Assembly (NCBI GenBank): GCA_963664875.1
Contig: OY761611.1
Span: 1,152,001-1,216,000 of the forward strand
Source of the DNA: Candidatus Kapaibacterium sp.
GTDB taxonomy: Bacteria; Bacteroidota; Ignavibacteria; Kapaibacteriales; UBA2268
Direction: 5' to 3'
DNA length: 64,000 bases
The translations under genes and the position numbers were made by a program. Below the pieces are notes generated by a model that worked only from the letters and a program-made list of their open reading frames with translations, was not told where the DNA came from and searched no databases. Below are positions 59,858 to 64,000 of this stretch, in pieces. The stretch's first letter is position 1. Every line of letters begins with the position of its first letter.

Positions 59858-62800
59858 TTATTTACCTTCATACCAAGGAGCGCCGGCTGCATCTAAAGCT
59901 TTTGCTACTTTGGAGATTTGAGTAGATTCTAATTGTGCTAACTGAGATTTTATTTCTTTAAGTTGTTTTTCTGCTACTTTGTAAGAATCTTTGCTTGTAG
60001 TAGTTGGTGTAGCAGTTGAGTACCACACTGACCACATGATATCGTCTAATCTCTCTTTGATAGAAGCAGTTTGGTTTCCATTTCTATTTTTGATAGAGTT
60101 ATTGCCTGAAAGTACTACATCAATATCATCTAATTTGTATTGTATCGCTCTGATATCTTCCAAGATTTTAGCTTCAACACCTGCTGTTTTGAGCACTGCA
60201 TTTTTCATTGCTTTTACTTTGTCGTTTGCTTCCGCTAATACTTTATCAAATCCGAATACTTCCTGCTGCAAAGATTGGATAGTGCGTCTGAAAGCAATAT
60301 TTTCTTTGTATTCAGTTTCAGGAGTGCCATAATTTGCAAGCAATTTGACATTGATTTCCGCAGCTGAAGCAAGATCATTTACTTTGCCGTCAATTACTTC
60401 TTTCATTGAAACTGTATATTTACCCGGAAGAACCAAAGCGTGCACACCTTCAATGCTGTTAGGATCAGTTTTTGAAGTGATTGGAGATGCATCTGCGTAT
60501 TTTAAGTCCCAAACAACTCTATTTAGACCTGCTTTGTATGGAGCTTTTATATTGCGAATGTGATTGCCTTGATCGTCTGATATTGAGAATAGCAAGTATG
60601 CAGATTCTTCCAAATCCTCAGCTCTAAGCTCGTCAAAGCTTGGGTATTTCAATTTTTCACCATCTTTAAGTTTGCCTTCTGCATCTTTGCGTAGAGCTTT
60701 TTTAGATTTTGGAGCTTCATTGATATAATAAGTTATCTCAGCACCAAATGGTGGATTATCAGCTTTGTAGAAAGTGTCACCGTGCCAGTTTTTGCCTTTT
60801 GTAGTGTTTGGAATATACAAGGCTGCATCTCTGACAGGTAAAATTTCTGCTTTCTTTTCGTTTTTGATAATATCTGTTTTGCGTAAAGGAGAGTAATCAT
60901 CTAAGACGTAAATACCTCTACCAAAAGTAGCGAGAACAAGGTCGTTTTCTCTTCTTTGTATTTCAATATCTCTTACAGAAATAGTAGGAATACCTGCTTT
61001 CAGCTGAATCCACTCTTTGCCGCCGTCAGCAGTGAAGTAGATACCTTTTTCTGTACCTGCAAAAAGCAAGTTTTTATCAACATGATCTTGAATCAAGGCG
61101 TGAACTGTTTGGTCTTGCGGCAAGTTTGCAGCAATAGAAGTCCAAGTCTTGCCTTTGTCATTACTTTTTAGCACGTAAGGTTTAAAATCACCACGTTTAC
61201 GGTTGTCGAAGCTAATATAAACTGTGTTTTCGTCAAACAAGTCAGCTACAACATCAGATACATAAGTATTTGCCGGAACACCCGGGAACGAAGAGTATTT
61301 AGTCCATGAGCCACCGTCATTATCAGAAACCTGAAGCAAACCATCATCTGTACCAACATATAAAAGACCGGCTTTTACAGGAGATTCATCAAGAGAAACA
61401 ATGTTTCCATAGAGAGAAGTCGAGCCGTTTTTTGCCACTGCTTCAGAATGCCACACTTTACCCATTACTTCTAACTGATTTCTGTCAATCTGAGCAGTCA
61501 AATCTTCGCTTACTTTATTCCAAGTAGTACCGCGATCCGTTGATTTGAAAAGTTTATTTGCAGCAAAGTAAAGTGTTTTGTTGTCATGCGGACTAATTAG
61601 AATAGGTGCATTCCAATTCCAACGAAGTTCTTCTCCTTCTTCCGGCATTGGTTTAATGCTTGTGATTTCACCATTTAATCTATTATAGCGAACCAAACCG
61701 CCATATTGCGATTGAGCATAAGCTGTGTTTGGATCTTTGGGATCACAAGCGGGTTCGAATCCATCGCCACCAACAGGGAAAGACCAATCCTGATTCATAA
61801 TTCCGGCTTCCCATGCTGTTCTGCTTGGTCCGGCTAAAGTGTTATTATCCTGAGTACCGGCATAAACGTTATAAAACGGTTTGTCATAGTCAACAGCTAC
61901 TCTATAGAACTGAATAGTAGGCAAGTTTTCAAAAAATCTCCAAGTTGCACCTCTGTCATAAGATTCATAAACACCACCATCGCCACCGATTAAAAGGTGT
62001 TGAGTGTTACATGGATTAATCCAAAGAGCGTGATCATCTACGTGACGATTGCTAACAGGCAAAACATTGAATGTTTTACCACCGTCAATAGAGTATCTTG
62101 TGTATGTTTCAGGAAGATAAACCACATCCGGATCTTTCGGATCAGCTACTAACTCCTGATAGTACTGAGCGGAAGAAGTTTTGTGATTGTTCATTTTATT
62201 CCATGAAGCACCTCTATCTGTAGATTTATATAGTCCACCTACTTCACCGTCAGCTTCTACAATAGCATATACAACATCAGGATTTGCCGGTGAAACTGCA
62301 ATTCCAATTCTGCCTAATTCACCACCGGGGAAGCCATTAGAAAGTTTGTTCCATGTTTTGCCTGCATCTGTGGATTTATATAATGCAGATTCAGGACCAC
62401 CATTTATCAAAGTAAAAACATGTCTTCTTCTTTGGTATGCAACTGCATAAATGACATCAGGATTGCGAGGATCAAAATCTATATCAGAAACGCCTGTGTT
62501 TTCACTGATTTCAAGGATATTATTCCAAGTCACGCCACCGTCGGTAGTTTTGAACAAGCCTCTTTCGCCGCCTGCATTCCAAAGTGGGCCTTGAGAAGCC
62601 ACATAGACTACGTCAGAGTTACGAGGGTCGATTAACATATCACCAATATGCTCAGACTTTTTCAATCCCATGTTTTTCCAAGTCTTACCTCCGTCGCATG
62701 ATTTATAAACACCATCACCGTAAGACACAGCTCTCTGAGAGTTATTTTCTCCGGAGCCTACCCATACAACATTATGGTTGTTAGGATCTATCCTTACAGT

Positions 62801-63085
62801 AGCGATTGAGTAAGAGTTTTCGTTGTCAAACACAGGGGTAAAAGTTGTTCCTTTGTTTGTAGTTTTCCAGACACCTCCGGAAGCAAAAGCAACGTAGAAA
62901 GTATTGAAATCTTTGGGGTGAACAGCAAAGTCGATAACTCTGCCTGAAGTTTGAGCAGGACCTATACTTCTAAATTTTAGTCCTGAAAGAGTAGATGAGT
63001 TCAATTTACTTTTGTTTTCTTCTGCAATTGATGAAGCTGCAGAAAATAAAAAAAGTAAAAGGAACAGCTTTGCAAATTGTTTCAT
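59858..63085 (-). CDS. Secreted BNR/Asp-box (VPS10/sortilin-like) beta-propeller protein, glycosyl-hydrolase-related
   Basis: Many 'S/TxDGGxTW' Asp-boxes, 'FRSIGPA...SGRV', 'HVDDHALWINP', C-terminal coiled coil, signal peptide MKQFAKLFLL. Confidence 0.85.
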   Translation of the reverse strand: MKQFAKLFLLLFLFSAASSIAEENKSKLNSSTLSGLKFRSIGPAQTSGRVIDFAVHPKDFNTFYVAFASGGVWKTTNKGTTFTPVFDNENSYSIATVRIDPNNHNVVWVGSGENNSQRAVSYGDGVYKSCDGGKTWKNMGLKKSEHIGDMLIDPRNSDVVYVASQGPLWNAGGERGLFKTTDGGVTWNNILEISENTGVSDIDFDPRNPDVIYAVAYQRRRHVFTLINGGPESALYKSTDAGKTWNKLSNGFPGGELGRIGIAVSPANPDVVYAIVEADGEVGGLYKSTDRGASWNKMNNHKTSSAQYYQELVADPKDPDVVYLPETYTRYSIDGGKTFNVLPVSNRHVDDHALWINPCNTQHLLIGGDGGVYESYDRGATWRFFENLPTIQFYRVAVDYDKPFYNVYAGTQDNNTLAGPSRTAWEAGIMNQDWSFPVGGDGFEPACDPKDPNTAYAQSQYGGLVRYNRLNGEITSIKPMPEEGEELRWNWNAPILISPHDNKTLYFAANKLFKSTDRGTTWNKVSEDLTAQIDRNQLEVMGKVWHSEAVAKNGSTSLYGNIVSLDESPVKAGLLYVGTDDGLLQVSDNDGGSWTKYSSFPGVPANTYVSDVVADLFDENTVYISFDNRKRGDFKPYVLKSNDKGKTWTSIAANLPQDQTVHALIQDHVDKNLLFAGTEKGIYFTADGGKEWIQLKAGIPTISVRDIEIQRRENDLVLATFGRGIYVLDDYSPLRKTDIIKNEKKAEILPVRDAALYIPNTTKGKNWHGDTFYKADNPPFGAEITYYINEAPKSKKALRKDAEGKLKDGEKLKYPSFDELRAEDLEESAYLLFSISDDQGNHIRNIKAPYKAGLNRVVWDLKYADASPITSKTDPNSIEGVHALVLPGKYTVSMKEVIDGKVNDLASAAEINVKLLANYGTPETEYKENIAFRRTIQSLQQEVFGFDKVLAEANDKVKAMKNAVLKTAGVEAKILEDIRAIQYKLDDIDVVLSGNNSIKNRNGNQTASIKERLDDIMWSVWYSTATPTTTSKDSYKVAEKQLKEIKSQLAQLESTQISKVAKALDAAGAPWYEGK

Positions 63086-63315
63086 TTTACTTTGATCCAT
63101 TATGTAATGCACTAAAAATATATTCTAAAATAAGCTTTTTTTGTCATATTATATAAGTCGTACAAATTTAGTCGTCTTATTTGTATATTTGTTGTAAATG
63201 GAAGATAAGAGTGGATTTTGGGAAGGAAGTTTTAGAGTTCTTGATTATTGAAATAACAATTGAGGTTGTCTAATAAATTCAATACTGGATGCTAAATACA
63301 TGTAGTGGTATTTTT

Positions 63316-63506
63316 CCACCCCGTCATGCTTCGCATGCCACCCTACTTCGACTCGCTGTGCTCGCTCAGCACATCGCTCAGGAGGGGAATTTTAACTTCT
63401 TTACATAAATAAGAGTTAAAGTATTTAATAGTGTATTTAATTCCCCTTCTTGGGAAGCGACGTACTGAGCTTGCCGAAGTAAAGGGATGCCCGAAGGGCG
63501 GGGTAG
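63316..63506. repeat. Inverted pair of composite (nested) REP-like elements
   Basis: Left arm ccaccccgtc...tacttcgactcgct...gctcagcacatcgctcaggaggggaatt (63316-63391) matches the reverse complement of the right arm aattccccttc...agcgacgtactgagcttgccgaagta...cccgaagggcggggtag (63439-63506). The spacer is AT-rich. Confidence 0.75.
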
Positions 63507-63713
63507 TCGAATTAGGTAGATTCTTTAAGAAATCATATTTTTTGAACTATCTACAAAGCATAATCTATAAACTTATTTCAAACCCAATCTTATGAAGTAG
63601 CTTATGTGCAATATAATTATTGGGTCTTCTACCTCTTATACAAATAATTAAATTCTCGCTCCTCTAATCTTCCATCATAAAATATATTAGAATACTAAGA
63701 TTCTTATTCAAGT

Positions 63714-64000
63714 ATGCAAAAAAAATACTTTATAATAGCAGGTGACCCATCGGGTGATATTCATGCAGCAAAGCTCATAAAGGCTATGAAAGCAAAAGAG
63801 CCGGATGTTGAGTTCCATGGTATCGGCGGTCGTGAGATGGAAGCTCTCGGCTTTGAGTCCATAATTCCGCAGAAAGATATTTCCGTGGTAGGCTTCTGGG
63901 AAGTAGCAAAGAAATACGGAATGTTCCGCAAACTGATCAATAAAGTTCAAGAAGAGCTGAAGACAGGTCAATTCACGGCGTTTATTCCTGTGGATTACCC
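63714..64000 (+). CDS. lpxB: Lipid-A-disaccharide synthase (5' part, runs off the window; absent from the ORF track)
   Basis: Translates to MQKKYFIIAGDPSGDIHAAKLI...GIGGREM...SVVGFWEV...PVDYP, which carries the LpxB signature motifs. Confidence 0.92.
   Translation, partial: MQKKYFIIAGDPSGDIHAAKLIKAMKAKEPDVEFHGIGGREMEALGFESIIPQKDISVVGFWEVAKKYGMFRKLINKVQEELKTGQFTAFIPVDY

Noticed and set aside
63708-63971. 87-aa minus-strand ORF
   Set aside because: Antisense to lpxB, which starts at 63714 on the plus strand.

Overview
AT-rich bacterial chromosome segment, most consistent with an Ignavibacteriota/Kapabacteria-like relative of Bacteroidota-Chlorobiota. This is inferred from T9SS C-terminal sorting domains, TAnnTTTG-type promoter motifs and the ACIII gene layout. 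Contents in order: a 5'-truncated membrane/coiled-coil protein; two tandem DUF3160-T9SS paralogues; a ~15 kb respiratory gene cluster (alternative complex III actA-B-C-DE-F, a small twin-arginine ORF, two extra cytochromes c, SCO, an A2-type caa3-like oxidase and ctaB); an SBBP/Ig T9SS protein; sodB; a CotH kinase; murI; two PD40-OmpA proteins; a deoxyhypusine-synthase-like gene; argD; a four-gene permease-less metal-handling operon; an isolated nuoF; DUF3127; rpmB; TPR-motA-motB-REC/degenerate HD-GYP; thrS; an Rpn nuclease gene interrupted by an in-frame amber codon and followed by a separate C-terminal-only mini-copy; a TetR-TolC-HlyD-ABC efflux operon; a BNR/VPS10 propeller protein; and the 5' part of lpxB. 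Non-coding features include two copies of a ~190-210 bp TIR-bounded REP-carrying element, a nested REP inverted pair, a perfect 36-bp palindrome and many intrinsic terminators. No rRNA, tRNA or CRISPR array was seen. The best candidates for an undescribed system are the Rpn toxin/mini-antitoxin-like pair, the cytoplasmic SBP-GTPase-ATPase-Cys-rich operon and the orphan stator module. All family calls come from motif recognition, not database searches.
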